DNA of 59,930 bases from the IMG/VR virus record IMGVR_UViG_3300021962_000115, positions 1 through 59,930 of that record, one strand, 5' to 3'. The translations under genes and the position numbers were made by a program. The notes under the pieces are model-generated. The model was not told where the DNA came from and searched no databases. It saw nothing but the letters and a program-made list of their open reading frames with translations. This stretch comes from a virus (Duplodnaviria; Caudoviricetes). This document shows, piece after piece, positions 8,549-19,085 of the stretch (positions are counted from its first letter, which is position 1; every line of letters begins with the position of its first letter).

Positions 8549-10756
8549 ATGAGTGAGATTTATCAAGACATACCAACCTATGACAATGGAACATGGACAA
8601 CAACAAGCTTTGAATCCAGAGAGGACTTCAGCAACTTCATATTTGGGCTTTTCAGAGAACCCGGTAATTACAAGTTCAACAATACAACTAATCAGATATT
8701 TATATCTGAGTCAAACAAATTTAGAGATACTGGAGTATATTGTACAGCCCCGTTCAAATCAAAAGACTTTATTGCCTATTGGGATGATCAAAAGCTAAAG
8801 TGTAGAAAAGGTGTTATTATAAAAGATGAAACTGATACATGGTTTCTTGCAAGAGAATACTACATGTGGCTTAACTTTTTACCAATCTTTGATAAGGAAC
8901 AACAAAAATTTGACTTTGCTAAGATTAGAGATGCACAGTATCATATGGCTCTTTATGAGTTATTAGCTGAGTTAAACTATAAACATGCAGCTATCTTAAA
9001 GAAACGTCAGATTGCATCTTCTTATTATCATATGGCCAAGTTTATAAACCAACAATGGTTTGAAGCTGGGGTTACCCTTAAAATGGGAGCAAGTCTTAAA
9101 GATTACATTAATGAGAAAGGATCCTGGAAATTCTTACAAGAATATGCAGCCTTCTTAAATGAACATACTGCATGGTATAGACCTATGTCACCAGATAAGG
9201 TAATGATGTGGCAACAGAAGATTGAAGTAAGAAAAGGAGATAGAAAAACAGAAGTTGGTCTTAAAGGCACTATACAAGGTATGTCATTTGAGAAAGATCC
9301 AACAAATGGTGTAGGAGGTCCAGTAAAATACTTCTTTCATGAGGAAGCAGGAATTGCCCCTAAGATGGATCAGACATATGAGTATATGCGCCCAGCTATG
9401 AGATCTGGTATGGTTACTACAGGAATGTTTATTGCAGCAGGATCTGTGGGTGACTTGTCCCAGTGTAATCCACTAAGAGATATGATTCTTAATCCACTCT
9501 CTAAAGATATCTATGCTGTAGAAACAAATCTATTAGATAATAAAGGAACTGTAGGTTTGTCAGGTTTGTTTATTCCTGAACAATGGTCAATGCCTCCATA
9601 CATAGATGACTTTGGTAATTCTAAAGTAGAAGAAGCATTAAAAGCTTTAGATGATCAATTTGAACAGTGGAAAAAAGAACTTGCTCCAGAAGATTATCAG
9701 TTACGTATTTCTCAGCATCCAAGAAATATCAGAGAAGCATTTGCACATAGATCTGTATCTGTATTCCCAATGCATTTAGTTGCTGCTCAACAAAGAAGAA
9801 TAGAAGAAAAAGAATATTCTTATGAGTTCTTAGATATATTTACTGATGAAAATGGTAAGGTAGCTGTTAAGTCTACAGATAAACAACCAATTAAAGAATT
9901 TCCAGTTCCCAAAAAACTAGAAGATAAAACAGGAGTTTTAGTAGTATGGGAGAGACCAATAGCAGATCCTACATTTGGACAGTACTATGCTTCTATTGAC
10001 CCCGTATCTGAAGGTAAAACAACAACATCAGAATCTCTCTGTTCTATTTATATTATGAAAGCTCCTGTAGAAGTTACTAAGGTAACTCTAGGAGAAACAG
10101 AAACCTATATTGAACCAGATAAAATTGTAGCAGCTTGGTGCGGAAGATTTGATGATATTAACAAAACTCACCAAAAATTAGAGCTAATTATAGAATGGTA
10201 CAATGCATGGACAGTAATAGAGAACAACATCTCTCTGTTCATACAGTATATGATATCAAGAAAGAAACAAAGATATCTAGTACCTAAAAGTCAAATCATG
10301 TTCTTAAAAGATTTAGGAGCAAATGCAAATGTATTCCAGGAGTATGGTTGGAAAAACACAGGTACTCTATTTAAAGCACACTTATTAAGTTACGCTATTG
10401 AATACACCAAAGAAGAATTAGATGTAGAAACTAAAACAGATGGTTCTGTAGTTAGAACCAAATATGGAATAGAACGTATTCCAGATCCAATGTTATTAAA
10501 AGAAATGCAAGAATATGCAGATGGAGTCAACGTGGATAGACTAGTATCTTTTGCAGCACTTGTTGCATTTATGAGAATACAACAAGCAAACAGAGGATAT
10601 AGTAAAAGAGTAATCATGGATGATGCTTCTAAAAACTTGCAAAAGTCAAATAATTTGTTTAAATTAAATAGAACCCCGTTCCGTCATATGGGATCTGGGG
10701 GACGAGTTATTAATGGTCAAGTTTTTAATAGGTCTGCTTTTAAAAACCTTAAATAA
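8549..10756 (+). CDS. terL: terminase large subunit
   Basis: ATPase motifs LKKRQIASS (Walker A-like) and FFHEEAG (Walker B); RNase H-like nuclease ASIDPV, IENN, NVDRL; precedes portal. Confidence 0.9.
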   Translation: MSEIYQDIPTYDNGTWTTTSFESREDFSNFIFGLFREPGNYKFNNTTNQIFISESNKFRDTGVYCTAPFKSKDFIAYWDDQKLKCRKGVIIKDETDTWFLAREYYMWLNFLPIFDKEQQKFDFAKIRDAQYHMALYELLAELNYKHAAILKKRQIASSYYHMAKFINQQWFEAGVTLKMGASLKDYINEKGSWKFLQEYAAFLNEHTAWYRPMSPDKVMMWQQKIEVRKGDRKTEVGLKGTIQGMSFEKDPTNGVGGPVKYFFHEEAGIAPKMDQTYEYMRPAMRSGMVTTGMFIAAGSVGDLSQCNPLRDMILNPLSKDIYAVETNLLDNKGTVGLSGLFIPEQWSMPPYIDDFGNSKVEEALKALDDQFEQWKKELAPEDYQLRISQHPRNIREAFAHRSVSVFPMHLVAAQQRRIEEKEYSYEFLDIFTDENGKVAVKSTDKQPIKEFPVPKKLEDKTGVLVVWERPIADPTFGQYYASIDPVSEGKTTTSESLCSIYIMKAPVEVTKVTLGETETYIEPDKIVAAWCGRFDDINKTHQKLELIIEWYNAWTVIENNISLFIQYMISRKKQRYLVPKSQIMFLKDLGANANVFQEYGWKNTGTLFKAHLLSYAIEYTKEELDVETKTDGSVVRTKYGIERIPDPMLLKEMQEYADGVNVDRLVSFAALVAFMRIQQANRGYSKRVIMDDASKNLQKSNNLFKLNRTPFRHMGSGGRVINGQVFNRSAFKNLK

Positions 10757-10761
10757 TAGAT

Positions 10762-13506
10762 ATGCAGGTATATAATGCTTTACAGTTAAAAAATGGTGCT
10801 AAAGTCAAACAGAATAGACTTGGTAGCATTATGCAACCATTACAATTTTTACCTGAGAAAGAAAAGGATGAAGAATGGGCAGCATGGAATCTTGACTGGT
10901 TAGAATGGCAGGGACTGAAACAAATCCGTAGAAATGCCCGCAGGTTAATGAAGAACTACAAACTTGCTAAGGGTATTATTGATAGAACTGATTACATAGT
11001 AGAAGAGAATAATGAATACAGAGATGTTGTTGAACTACTTACTAAAGATGATCCCTCAGCATTAGAATTAAAGTTCTATCCAATTATTCCAAATGTTATT
11101 AATGTTCTTGTAGCTGAATTTGCAAAGAGAACAACTAAACTTACTTATAGAGCAATTGATGAGCTCTCATATAATGAGATGCTAGAGCAAAAAAGACAGA
11201 TGGTTGAAGAAACCCTTATGGCAGATGCTAAAACAAAAATTATTGCAGCTCTAGTTGAACAAGGTTTAGATCCAGATTCTGAAGAAGCACAAGCAGAAAC
11301 TTCTCCTGAAAAACTTAAGTCACTTCCTGAAATTGAACAGTTCTTTAAAAAGAGCTACAGATCAATGATTGAAGAATGGGCAACTCATCAGCATAAAGTT
11401 GATGTAGAAAGATTTAAAATGGATGAGCTTGAAGAAAGAGCTTTCCGTGATATGCTTATTACAGATAGGGAGTTCTGGCATTTCCATATGATGGAAGATG
11501 ACTATGATGTAGAACTATGGAATCCAGTAACTACATTCTATCATAAATCCCCGGACATTAGATATATTTCTCAAGGTAACTGGGTAGGTAAAATTGATAT
11601 GCTTACACCTTCTGATGTTATTGATAAGTATGGTTATGTAATGACAGAAGAACAACTTGCTGCATTAGAAGCTATTTACCCTATTAGATCAGCAGGTTAT
11701 ACTATTGGTGGCTATCAAAATGATGGTACTTACTATGATGGTACTAAATCACATGAGTGGAACACCAATATGCCATCTCTTGCATATAGACAATATACAT
11801 CTGCAGTAGCAGGATCTGTAACTGATGGTGGTGATATTATAAATCAAATTCTATCTCAGGGAGAAGATTATTTTGATAACGGTCAATCTTTCTTATTAAG
11901 AGTTACTACAGGTTATTGGAAGTCTCAAAGAAAGGTTGGACACTTAACTAAAGTTAGTGATACAGGAGAAGTAGTTACTGAAATTGTTACTGAAGCATAT
12001 AAAGTAATTGATAAACCTGTATATGATACAAGACTCTTTAAAAACAAAACAAGAGATAATGTGATCTTTGGAGAACATATTGATTGGATTTGGGTAAATG
12101 AAGTTTGGGGTGGTGTTAAAATTGGACCTAACATCCCATCTTTCTGGGGTATGAACAATCCAGGTGGATTTAGTCCAATTTATATTGGTGTTCAGAAAAA
12201 TCATATTGGACCGCTTAAGTTTCAATTTAAGGGAGATTCATCTCTCTATGGTTGCAAACTTCCTGTAGAAGGTTCTGTATTCTCAGATAGAAATACTAAG
12301 TCTACAGCACTAATAGATCTAATGAAACCATACCAGATTGGGTACAACATTGTAAACAATCAAATTGCAGATATCCTTGTAGATGAGCTAGGAACTGTAA
12401 TTATGTTAGATCAGAATACTTTACCTAAACACTCACTTGGTGAAGACTGGGGTAAAGGTAATTACGCTAATGCATATGTAGCAATGAAGAACTTCCAAAT
12501 TCTTCCTCTTGATACCTCTATTACAAATACTGAGAATGCATTAAATTTCCAACACTTCCAAAAACTTGATCTTGATCAGACTAATAGATTGATGTCAAGA
12601 ATTCAGTTAGCTAATCACTTTAAACAACAAGCATATGATGTAATTGGTGTTAATCCACAAAGGATGGGACAACAGTTATCTCAAATGACTGCTACAGGAG
12701 TAGAACAGGCTGCTGCAGCGTCTTATGCTCAGACAGAGGTATTCTTTATCCAGCACTGTGATTATCTAATGCCTAGAGTCCACCAAATGCGTACAGACTT
12801 AGCTCAGTACTATAATTCAACTAAGCCATCTGCAAGATTAAGTTATATGACTGCAGCAGATGAAAAAGTAAACTTTGAGATTAATGGTACTGATTTATTA
12901 ATGAGAGATCTTAATATATTCTGTAGTACTACTGCAAACCATAGATCAATTCTTGAGCAATTGAAACAAATGGCAATGCAGAATAATACTACTGGAGCAT
13001 CTATCTATGACCTAGGTAAAATTGTACAATCTGAATCAGTTGCTGAACTTACTACTGCACTTAAAGATTCTGAGCAAAAACAACAAGCTCAAAAAGAACA
13101 AGAAATGCAGCAACAACAAGAAATGCAGCAACAACAAATTCAATCTCAACAAGAAATTGAGAAGATGAAGATTGATTCAGTAGCTGCTGAAAAAGAAAAA
13201 GATAGACAAAGAGATATCTTGGTTGCTGAAATTAGAGCTGCTGGTTATGGATCTATGGTTGATGTTAATAAAAATGAGCAATCAGATTATGTTGATGCTA
13301 TGAAAGATATTAGACAATCTGAATCATATCAGCAACAAACTACTCTTCAAAGAGAAAAGCAGTCTAATGAAAACCTTAGGCAATCTCAAAAGATGGATAT
13401 AGAAAGAGAAAAGATACAAGCACAAAAAGAAATAGCAGATAAACAACTTCAAATTGCTAGAGAGAATAAAAATAGATTTGATAAAAAATCAAATGAAAAG
13501 AAATAG
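10762..13506 (+). CDS. portal protein
   Basis: 914 aa between TerL and scaffold/MCP; YPIIPNVINVLVAE and LIDLMKPYQIGYNI segments; Q/E-rich coiled-coil C-terminus as in crAss-like portals. Confidence 0.85.
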   Translation: MQVYNALQLKNGAKVKQNRLGSIMQPLQFLPEKEKDEEWAAWNLDWLEWQGLKQIRRNARRLMKNYKLAKGIIDRTDYIVEENNEYRDVVELLTKDDPSALELKFYPIIPNVINVLVAEFAKRTTKLTYRAIDELSYNEMLEQKRQMVEETLMADAKTKIIAALVEQGLDPDSEEAQAETSPEKLKSLPEIEQFFKKSYRSMIEEWATHQHKVDVERFKMDELEERAFRDMLITDREFWHFHMMEDDYDVELWNPVTTFYHKSPDIRYISQGNWVGKIDMLTPSDVIDKYGYVMTEEQLAALEAIYPIRSAGYTIGGYQNDGTYYDGTKSHEWNTNMPSLAYRQYTSAVAGSVTDGGDIINQILSQGEDYFDNGQSFLLRVTTGYWKSQRKVGHLTKVSDTGEVVTEIVTEAYKVIDKPVYDTRLFKNKTRDNVIFGEHIDWIWVNEVWGGVKIGPNIPSFWGMNNPGGFSPIYIGVQKNHIGPLKFQFKGDSSLYGCKLPVEGSVFSDRNTKSTALIDLMKPYQIGYNIVNNQIADILVDELGTVIMLDQNTLPKHSLGEDWGKGNYANAYVAMKNFQILPLDTSITNTENALNFQHFQKLDLDQTNRLMSRIQLANHFKQQAYDVIGVNPQRMGQQLSQMTATGVEQAAAASYAQTEVFFIQHCDYLMPRVHQMRTDLAQYYNSTKPSARLSYMTAADEKVNFEINGTDLLMRDLNIFCSTTANHRSILEQLKQMAMQNNTTGASIYDLGKIVQSESVAELTTALKDSEQKQQAQKEQEMQQQQEMQQQQIQSQQEIEKMKIDSVAAEKEKDRQRDILVAEIRAAGYGSMVDVNKNEQSDYVDAMKDIRQSESYQQQTTLQREKQSNENLRQSQKMDIEREKIQAQKEIADKQLQIARENKNRFDKKSNEKK
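13099..13137 (+). repeat. 18-bp in-frame tandem repeat (CAAGAAATGCAGCAACAA x2)
   Basis: Encodes QEMQQQ twice in the portal tail. Confidence 0.8.
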
Positions 13507-13570
13507 TTATTGGATAGCTATATAATCCAAAAAATTATCAAATCCATTTTAAATATTTGAAGTTTAATTT

Positions 13571-13578
13571 GTATATTA
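13571..13578 (+). promoter_or_regulatory. recurrent GTATATTA promoter-like box upstream of head genes
   Basis: Same box, after a T-run, occurs intergenically at 3826, 24717 and 26724. Confidence 0.55.
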
Positions 13579-13601
13579 AATTATAAACAAAACCAACAGT
13601 T

Positions 13602-14867
13602 ATGGCAGAACCAACAAAAAATCCTGAGGAAGATCAGGTGTTAGACACTACAACGGTAGGTCAAGCAGATGTTAACATTGATGAGCTATTTGGAATGCCT
13701 GGAGCAGAAAATGTAATGCTTCCTTCAGATAGTCCAACAGAAGATAGTCCAAAGTCAGTTTTCTCAAAAGCTGATAATTTAGACACTACGTTCCTTGACA
13801 AAACTGAAACTAAATCTGATGATACAACTAAACCAGTTAGTTCCACAGAGGTAGATGAAGCAATTGCTCAACTGGATGATATGATCACCCAAGAAGAGGA
13901 TGCAGGTAATAAGGGAAGACCTAAAGTAGATAAATCAGGTCTTGCTGAGCTAGCAAGTAAAATGATTGAGGAAGGTGCTCTTATTCCATTTGATGATGAT
14001 AAACCATTAGAGGAATATACTACAAAGGACTTCCGTGAATTATTTGAAGCTAACTTTCAGGAAAGAGAAAACAAAATTAGACAAGACACTCCAAAAGAGT
14101 TCTTTCAATCTCTACCAGAAGAACTTCAAGTTGCTGCTAAATATGTAGCTGATGGAGGTACAGATCTTAAATCTCTTTTTAGAACTCTTGCAGAAGTAGA
14201 AGAAGTAATTGATCTTGATCCTACAAATGAATATGATCAAGCAGAAATTGCAAGACAGTACTTATATGCTACAAGATTTGGTACTCCTGAAGAAATTGAA
14301 GCTGAGATTAATGATTGGGCTGATATGGGTAGACTAGAGCAAAAGGCTCAACAGTTCAAACCAAAGTTGGACAGAATGCAAGAGGAAGTTGTAGCTAGAA
14401 AACTTGCAGAACAAGAATATAAAAAACAGCAACAAGCAGAGCAAGCAAAAGCATATACAGAAAATGTATATAACACACTTCTTGCTGGTGAACTAAATGG
14501 TATTAAATTAGATAAGAAAACACAAAGCATGTTGTACTCAGGTTTGGTACAACCTAGTTATCCTTCTATCTCAGGGAGACAAACTAATTTATTAGGACAC
14601 TTACTTGAGAAGTATCAGTTTGTTGAACCAAGACATGATTTAATTTCAGAAGCTCTCTGGTTACTTTCTGATCCAGAAGGTTATAAAGGAAGAATAAAAG
14701 AACAAGGGTCTAAAGCAGCTGTAGAAAAAACAGTAAGACAATTGAAAACAGAAGAAGCAAGAAAAATTTCTTCATCTGCACAACAAGAGTCTGATGATGC
14801 AAGAAGACCAAGTAATAAACCACAAAGAACACTCTCTAGACAAAACAATTTGTTCAAGAGATTTTAA
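13602..14867 (+). CDS. putative capsid scaffolding/assembly protein
   Basis: Acidic disordered N-terminus, helical body; sits between portal and MCP. Confidence 0.6.
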   Translation: MAEPTKNPEEDQVLDTTTVGQADVNIDELFGMPGAENVMLPSDSPTEDSPKSVFSKADNLDTTFLDKTETKSDDTTKPVSSTEVDEAIAQLDDMITQEEDAGNKGRPKVDKSGLAELASKMIEEGALIPFDDDKPLEEYTTKDFRELFEANFQERENKIRQDTPKEFFQSLPEELQVAAKYVADGGTDLKSLFRTLAEVEEVIDLDPTNEYDQAEIARQYLYATRFGTPEEIEAEINDWADMGRLEQKAQQFKPKLDRMQEEVVARKLAEQEYKKQQQAEQAKAYTENVYNTLLAGELNGIKLDKKTQSMLYSGLVQPSYPSISGRQTNLLGHLLEKYQFVEPRHDLISEALWLLSDPEGYKGRIKEQGSKAAVEKTVRQLKTEEARKISSSAQQESDDARRPSNKPQRTLSRQNNLFKRF

Positions 14868-14896
14868 TTAGTAACAAATAAACAAATAAATAAAAA

Positions 14897-16513
14897 ATGG
14901 CAACTCCAGTTTTAAACAATGGTATATTCCTTAGGGATACCGCTTACAACGCAAGTTCCCATGTGGATTCTTACCACTTGGTGAATATGCTGAAAGATGC
15001 TGAGCCAATGGATCTTGGTCCAGTGGATCTATGGGCTATGGCTCAGAAAGTAGAAATGCCCCTTTATCAAATGTCTTCATTTGGTGGCAAAAATGTAATC
15101 AACGTAGATAATGCTCGTGGAGAGTATAGATGGCAGACTCCTGTATCTATTGATCTTCCTTACATTGTTGAGGATATTGAGCCAAACAATGATTTCAAAG
15201 GTATTGAAGGTACTACTTTCCGTATCAAACTCAACAAAAGAGAATTTGGACATGGTGATATCATCACTTATGACAAATACAATGGTGTTGAGATGTACAT
15301 CACTGCAGAAGATATTCTTCCTTTAGGTGATGGCTTTATCTATACTGTACAGTTAGTTAACAATGATAACTACAAATATCTTGATAGCAAGTATTTGGCT
15401 AATGGTACTAAAGTATTCCGTAAAGGTTCTGCAAGAGGTGAATATGGTGAAAGATTCTCTGACATCATTACTAATGCTGGTTTCCGTGAATTCTACAACT
15501 TTGTAGGAGGTGCTGAAGCTCACGTTCACTACTCTATCTCTAGCCGTGCTGACTTGATGATCAAAGGTGGTATGAATGCAGATGGTACAGTTCCTGTAAC
15601 TGAAATCTGGAGAACTCATGACAAAAACTTAGATCCATCAATTGCTTCTTTGGAAGACATGGTTAAAGTTATGGGTAAAGATGCAGTTAAGAAAGCATTT
15701 GACAATGGTAACTTGTCACGTACATTCTTGACCAATATGGAAGCTGCTCACTTGAGCAAAATTGCTACTGACATTGAAACTTACTTAATGTGGGGTCATG
15801 GTGGTAGAGTTCGTCAAGATGGTCCAGATGATGTTAGATTGTCTGTGGGTCTTTGGAAGCAGTTGGATAACTCATTCAAAAGAGTATACAACAAAAACAA
15901 CTTCACACTTGACTTGTTCCGTTCTGAGATCTACAACTTCTTCAATGGTAAAGTTGAATTCCAAGGTCCAGATCCAAAACGTAGCCTAGTTGTACAAACA
16001 GGTATGGGTGGTATGCGTATGGTTAATGAGGCTATCAAACAAGAGGCTATCTCTTCTGGTCTTCTTATCCAAGCTGCTGACATAGGTGCAATCACTGGTA
16101 AAGGTATGGACTTGAACTTTGGTTTTGCATATACTTCATATGTAATTCCATTCTTGGCAAATGTTAAGTTTGTTCTTAACCCAGCATTTGACAATGTTAA
16201 TACTAATGACATTGAGAACCCAATCATTGATGGTTTCCCATTATCTTCTTACTCATTCATTATCTTTGATATCACTGACAATACTAATGACAACATCTTC
16301 TTGTTGAAATTGTCTTGGGATAATCAATTGAAATGGTGGTATCAAAATGGTACTATGGACTACATGGGACGTAGCCAAGGCTTCCAGTCTTCAGGTCAGT
16401 TCAATGGTTACCGTGTAATGATGTCTCAAACAATGCCAGCTATCTGGGTTAAAGACCCTACTAAAGTGTTGAAAATTGTTATGAGAAACCCAATTACTGG
16501 TGGATCATTCTAA
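14897..16513 (+). CDS. major capsid protein
   Basis: 538 aa after scaffold; biased codon use (many TTC/AAC/ATC/CGT) suggests high expression; strong terminator follows; size and position fit crAss-like MCP. Confidence 0.85.
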   Translation: MATPVLNNGIFLRDTAYNASSHVDSYHLVNMLKDAEPMDLGPVDLWAMAQKVEMPLYQMSSFGGKNVINVDNARGEYRWQTPVSIDLPYIVEDIEPNNDFKGIEGTTFRIKLNKREFGHGDIITYDKYNGVEMYITAEDILPLGDGFIYTVQLVNNDNYKYLDSKYLANGTKVFRKGSARGEYGERFSDIITNAGFREFYNFVGGAEAHVHYSISSRADLMIKGGMNADGTVPVTEIWRTHDKNLDPSIASLEDMVKVMGKDAVKKAFDNGNLSRTFLTNMEAAHLSKIATDIETYLMWGHGGRVRQDGPDDVRLSVGLWKQLDNSFKRVYNKNNFTLDLFRSEIYNFFNGKVEFQGPDPKRSLVVQTGMGGMRMVNEAIKQEAISSGLLIQAADIGAITGKGMDLNFGFAYTSYVIPFLANVKFVLNPAFDNVNTNDIENPIIDGFPLSSYSFIIFDITDNTNDNIFLLKLSWDNQLKWWYQNGTMDYMGRSQGFQSSGQFNGYRVMMSQTMPAIWVKDPTKVLKIVMRNPITGGSF

Positions 16514-16527
16514 TCTAAACTAGAAAC

Positions 16528-16556
16528 AAGGGAGGGGGAAACTCCTCCCTTTTTTT
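16528..16556 (+). terminator. intrinsic terminator after MCP
   Basis: AAGGGAGGGG-GAAA-CTCCTCCCTT hairpin with GNRA loop followed by T-run. Confidence 0.9.
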
Positions 16557-16594
16557 CTCTATATTTAACCAACAAAAAATAAAACCAACAAAAC

Positions 16595-17611
16595 ATGGAA
16601 AATTTCACAATGGTAGAAACCGGTCATGGTACCGTAAAGAAATCAGCAATTGCTGTAAGACCGTTCTTTGACAATGCAGTCTCTAATATGGGGCTAGAAA
16701 ATTATGGCTTATCTCTATATGATGGAGTTAAGCACTTTGAACAACTTGCTTGTTTAGAGCAGAATGGAGTAGTAAGATACCTTACTGGTCTAAATGAATT
16801 TGCTCCAGAAGTTAAACTTCTTAAGGGTGATGATAAAGAAGCAAGAATAAGAGAAATTAGAACAGCTGTTGCTGAACTTGAGCAAGAGTTAGCAGCTAAT
16901 GTTTTAGATATTAATGATCCTCAGTTCTGGAATCAAGTTAAATTACTTAAACCAGATAACAAAGAATTCTGGAATAGAATTAGTATATCTTGTGGTAATG
17001 AGCCTTTATTTCTAGATCCTAATGATCCTTATGATAGAATTAAACTATATGCTATTGAGGCTGGTGGTTTTTCTATTGTAGCAAAAAGTTTTGATGATGC
17101 AAGATCAAGAGCTGTTCCACCTAAGTTTTACTTAGACAAACAAGAGCAGACAGTTATTGCAAGAACTGAATACAAGAAAATGCGTAACAAAGCACTTTCT
17201 GAACTTCAGAAATTATTTGACAAAAACAGTACTAAACTATTCTATGTAGCTAAAGTAGTAGATGGTAACAGTACACAATATAGAAAGTCAACACCTAATG
17301 ATGTTATGTATGAGAATATGGACTTGTACATCAATGGAGAAGGAGTTGAAAGCAACAAAGAAAGAGCTGCAAAATCTTTCCTTGAAGCAGTAAATATGGA
17401 TATGGAAACTCTAAAAATTAAATCAATTGTAAGAGATTCCGTATTTTTTAAGTATATTATTAATAAGGCTGATGGTTACATTTACCATGCTAAGACTAAT
17501 GCTATGTTAGGTAGAAATGTGTCAGATGTAATTGAGCACTTGAAGAACCCACTCAATGAGGATGTTCTAACAGATCTCAATAAAGCCTGTGAAAAATTTT
17601 GGAATAGTTAA
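16595..17611 (+). CDS. conserved protein following MCP (crAss-like head-module gene)
   Basis: 338 aa; syntenic position directly after MCP. Confidence 0.55.
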   Translation: MENFTMVETGHGTVKKSAIAVRPFFDNAVSNMGLENYGLSLYDGVKHFEQLACLEQNGVVRYLTGLNEFAPEVKLLKGDDKEARIREIRTAVAELEQELAANVLDINDPQFWNQVKLLKPDNKEFWNRISISCGNEPLFLDPNDPYDRIKLYAIEAGGFSIVAKSFDDARSRAVPPKFYLDKQEQTVIARTEYKKMRNKALSELQKLFDKNSTKLFYVAKVVDGNSTQYRKSTPNDVMYENMDLYINGEGVESNKERAAKSFLEAVNMDMETLKIKSIVRDSVFFKYIINKADGYIYHAKTNAMLGRNVSDVIEHLKNPLNEDVLTDLNKACEKFWNS

Positions 17612-17808
17612 TGGCAACTAAAAAAACAACTAAAAGCAAAGTAAACCAGGCTGGTGTCTACACTAAGCCTGGTATGCGTAAGTCTTTATTTGAGAGAATT
17701 AAAGCTGGTACTAAAGGTGGTGACCCAGGAGAATGGTCTGCTAGAAAAGCACAACTCCTAGCTAAAGAATATAAAGCTAAAGGGGGTGGTTATAAAACTA
17801 AAAAGTAA
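17611..17808 (+). CDS. small basic protein, DUF5872-like N-terminal half
   Basis: YTKPGMR..IKAGTKGGDPGEWSARKAQLLAKEYKAKGGGY. Confidence 0.7.
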   Translation: MATKKTTKSKVNQAGVYTKPGMRKSLFERIKAGTKGGDPGEWSARKAQLLAKEYKAKGGGYKTKK

Positions 17809-18074
17809 TGGCTAAAGATCCTCAACAAAGTCTTAGAGATTGGTCTGCTCAAAAATGGATGACTTCTGGTACTTATGCTAATAAAAAGAAAGGTAAGAAC
17901 AAAGAAGTAAAATCTAAGGGTAAGAAGAGGTATTTACCAGAAGCTGCTTGGAGTGCACTATCCTCTGGAGAGAAAGCTGCTACAAATAAAGCAAAGGCTT
18001 CAGGTAATAGTAAAGGAAAACAATTTGTTAAACAGCCTAAGAACATTGCAAAAAAGGCATCAAAATATAGATAG
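17808..18074 (+). CDS. small basic protein, DUF5872-like C-terminal half
   Basis: QQSLRDWSAQKWMT..RYLPEAAWSALS.GEKAATNKAK..GKQFV. Confidence 0.7.
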   Translation: MAKDPQQSLRDWSAQKWMTSGTYANKKKGKNKEVKSKGKKRYLPEAAWSALSSGEKAATNKAKASGNSKGKQFVKQPKNIAKKASKYR

Positions 18075-18075
18075 T

Positions 18076-18315
18076 ATGGCAATGAAAAAAACAACTACAA
18101 AGAAAACACCAGCTAAGAAATCATCTTCAGTTGGCATTTCTATTTTAGGTGGTAGTAAAGCAGAGATGAGAAAGTGGGAAGTTGAATCTGCTATGTCTAC
18201 ATTACAGAGGGCAGCAGATATTCAGAAGAATGCTAAACTCATGAATGATGTAAAAAAACTTGCAGCAGAAAAAGCTAAACAGTTTAATAGTATTGCTTCA
18301 GGTAAAAAGATTTAA
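18076..18315 (+). CDS. small basic protein
   Basis: Probable start ATG 18076 (not 17953, which overlaps the previous gene); Lys-rich N-terminus. Confidence 0.65.
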   Translation: MAMKKTTTKKTPAKKSSSVGISILGGSKAEMRKWEVESAMSTLQRAADIQKNAKLMNDVKKLAAEKAKQFNSIASGKKI

Positions 18316-18317
18316 TC

Positions 18318-18590
18318 ATGGCAAAGTCACCAGCATGGCAGAGAAAAGCAGGTAAGAATCCATCTGGAGGTCTTAATGCAAAAGGTGTTGCTTCCTATAG
18401 AAGAGAGAATCCGGGAAGTAAACTTAAGATGGCTGTGACTACTAAGCCCTCTAAACTTGATCCAGATAGTAAAGATGCAAAGAGAAGAAAATCTTTTTGT
18501 GCTAGAATGTCTGGTGTTAAAGGTCCTATGAAGGATGAGAAAGGAAGACCTACTAGAAAGGCTCTTGCTCTAAGAAAATGGAATTGTTAA
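18318..18590 (+). CDS. small basic phage protein (DUF6321-like)
   Basis: GGLNAKG..SY.RENPGSKLK..RRKSFCARM..LRKWNC pattern. Confidence 0.65.
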   Translation: MAKSPAWQRKAGKNPSGGLNAKGVASYRRENPGSKLKMAVTTKPSKLDPDSKDAKRRKSFCARMSGVKGPMKDEKGRPTRKALALRKWNC

Positions 18591-18603
18591 AATATATATA
18601 ATC

Positions 18604-19083
18604 ATGGCAAAGAAAAAATTAGCTTGTGCAAGCTGTGGAATGGCAGTTAAAAGAAAAATGAAAACAGGTGGAACTACAGGTTCTGCTGGTATTCCTTATG
18701 CTACTGGTGCTGGTCAAACAGACGGTAAAAATGGAATGATGAAAAAAGGTGGTGCTACACGTGGTGCAACAGACTGTCCAAAAGGACAATATTGGGATGG
18801 TACAGCATGTGTTTCTAATGCAAGTCCTAAAATAGCTGCTGGAGTTCTTGGTGCAGTTATGGCTGCATTAGGTGTTAGAATTGGACAAAACATTAAAGCA
18901 AATAAACCAGTTAGACAAGCTAAGAAAGCTGCTAAGACTATGGCAAATGATATTGCTAAGAAAAAAATGGGTGGTTCATTAAAACCTGTTCCTTCTGGTA
19001 ATAAAGGATTAGCTAAACTTCCAACAGCAGTTAGAAATAAAATGGGCTACCAAAAAAGAGGTGGTGCTATAAAAAGAAAATAG
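18604..19083 (+). CDS. basic protein with repeated xxxGG motifs
   Basis: MKTGG, MKKGG, KKMGG, QKRGG; one hydrophobic stretch; NKGLAKLP..VRNKMGY segment. Confidence 0.65.
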   Translation: MAKKKLACASCGMAVKRKMKTGGTTGSAGIPYATGAGQTDGKNGMMKKGGATRGATDCPKGQYWDGTACVSNASPKIAAGVLGAVMAALGVRIGQNIKANKPVRQAKKAAKTMANDIAKKKMGGSLKPVPSGNKGLAKLPTAVRNKMGYQKRGGAIKRK

Positions 19084-19085
19084 TC

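Noticed and set aside
8549-16513. Introns, inteins or homing endonucleases in TerL, portal or MCP
   Set aside because: ORFs are uninterrupted, of expected size, with no intein termini or LAGLIDADG/HNH motifs noticed
17953-18075. N-terminal extension of the 120 aa ORF
   Set aside because: Overlaps gene 17808-18074 in another frame; ATG 18076 fits the coupled-gene pattern
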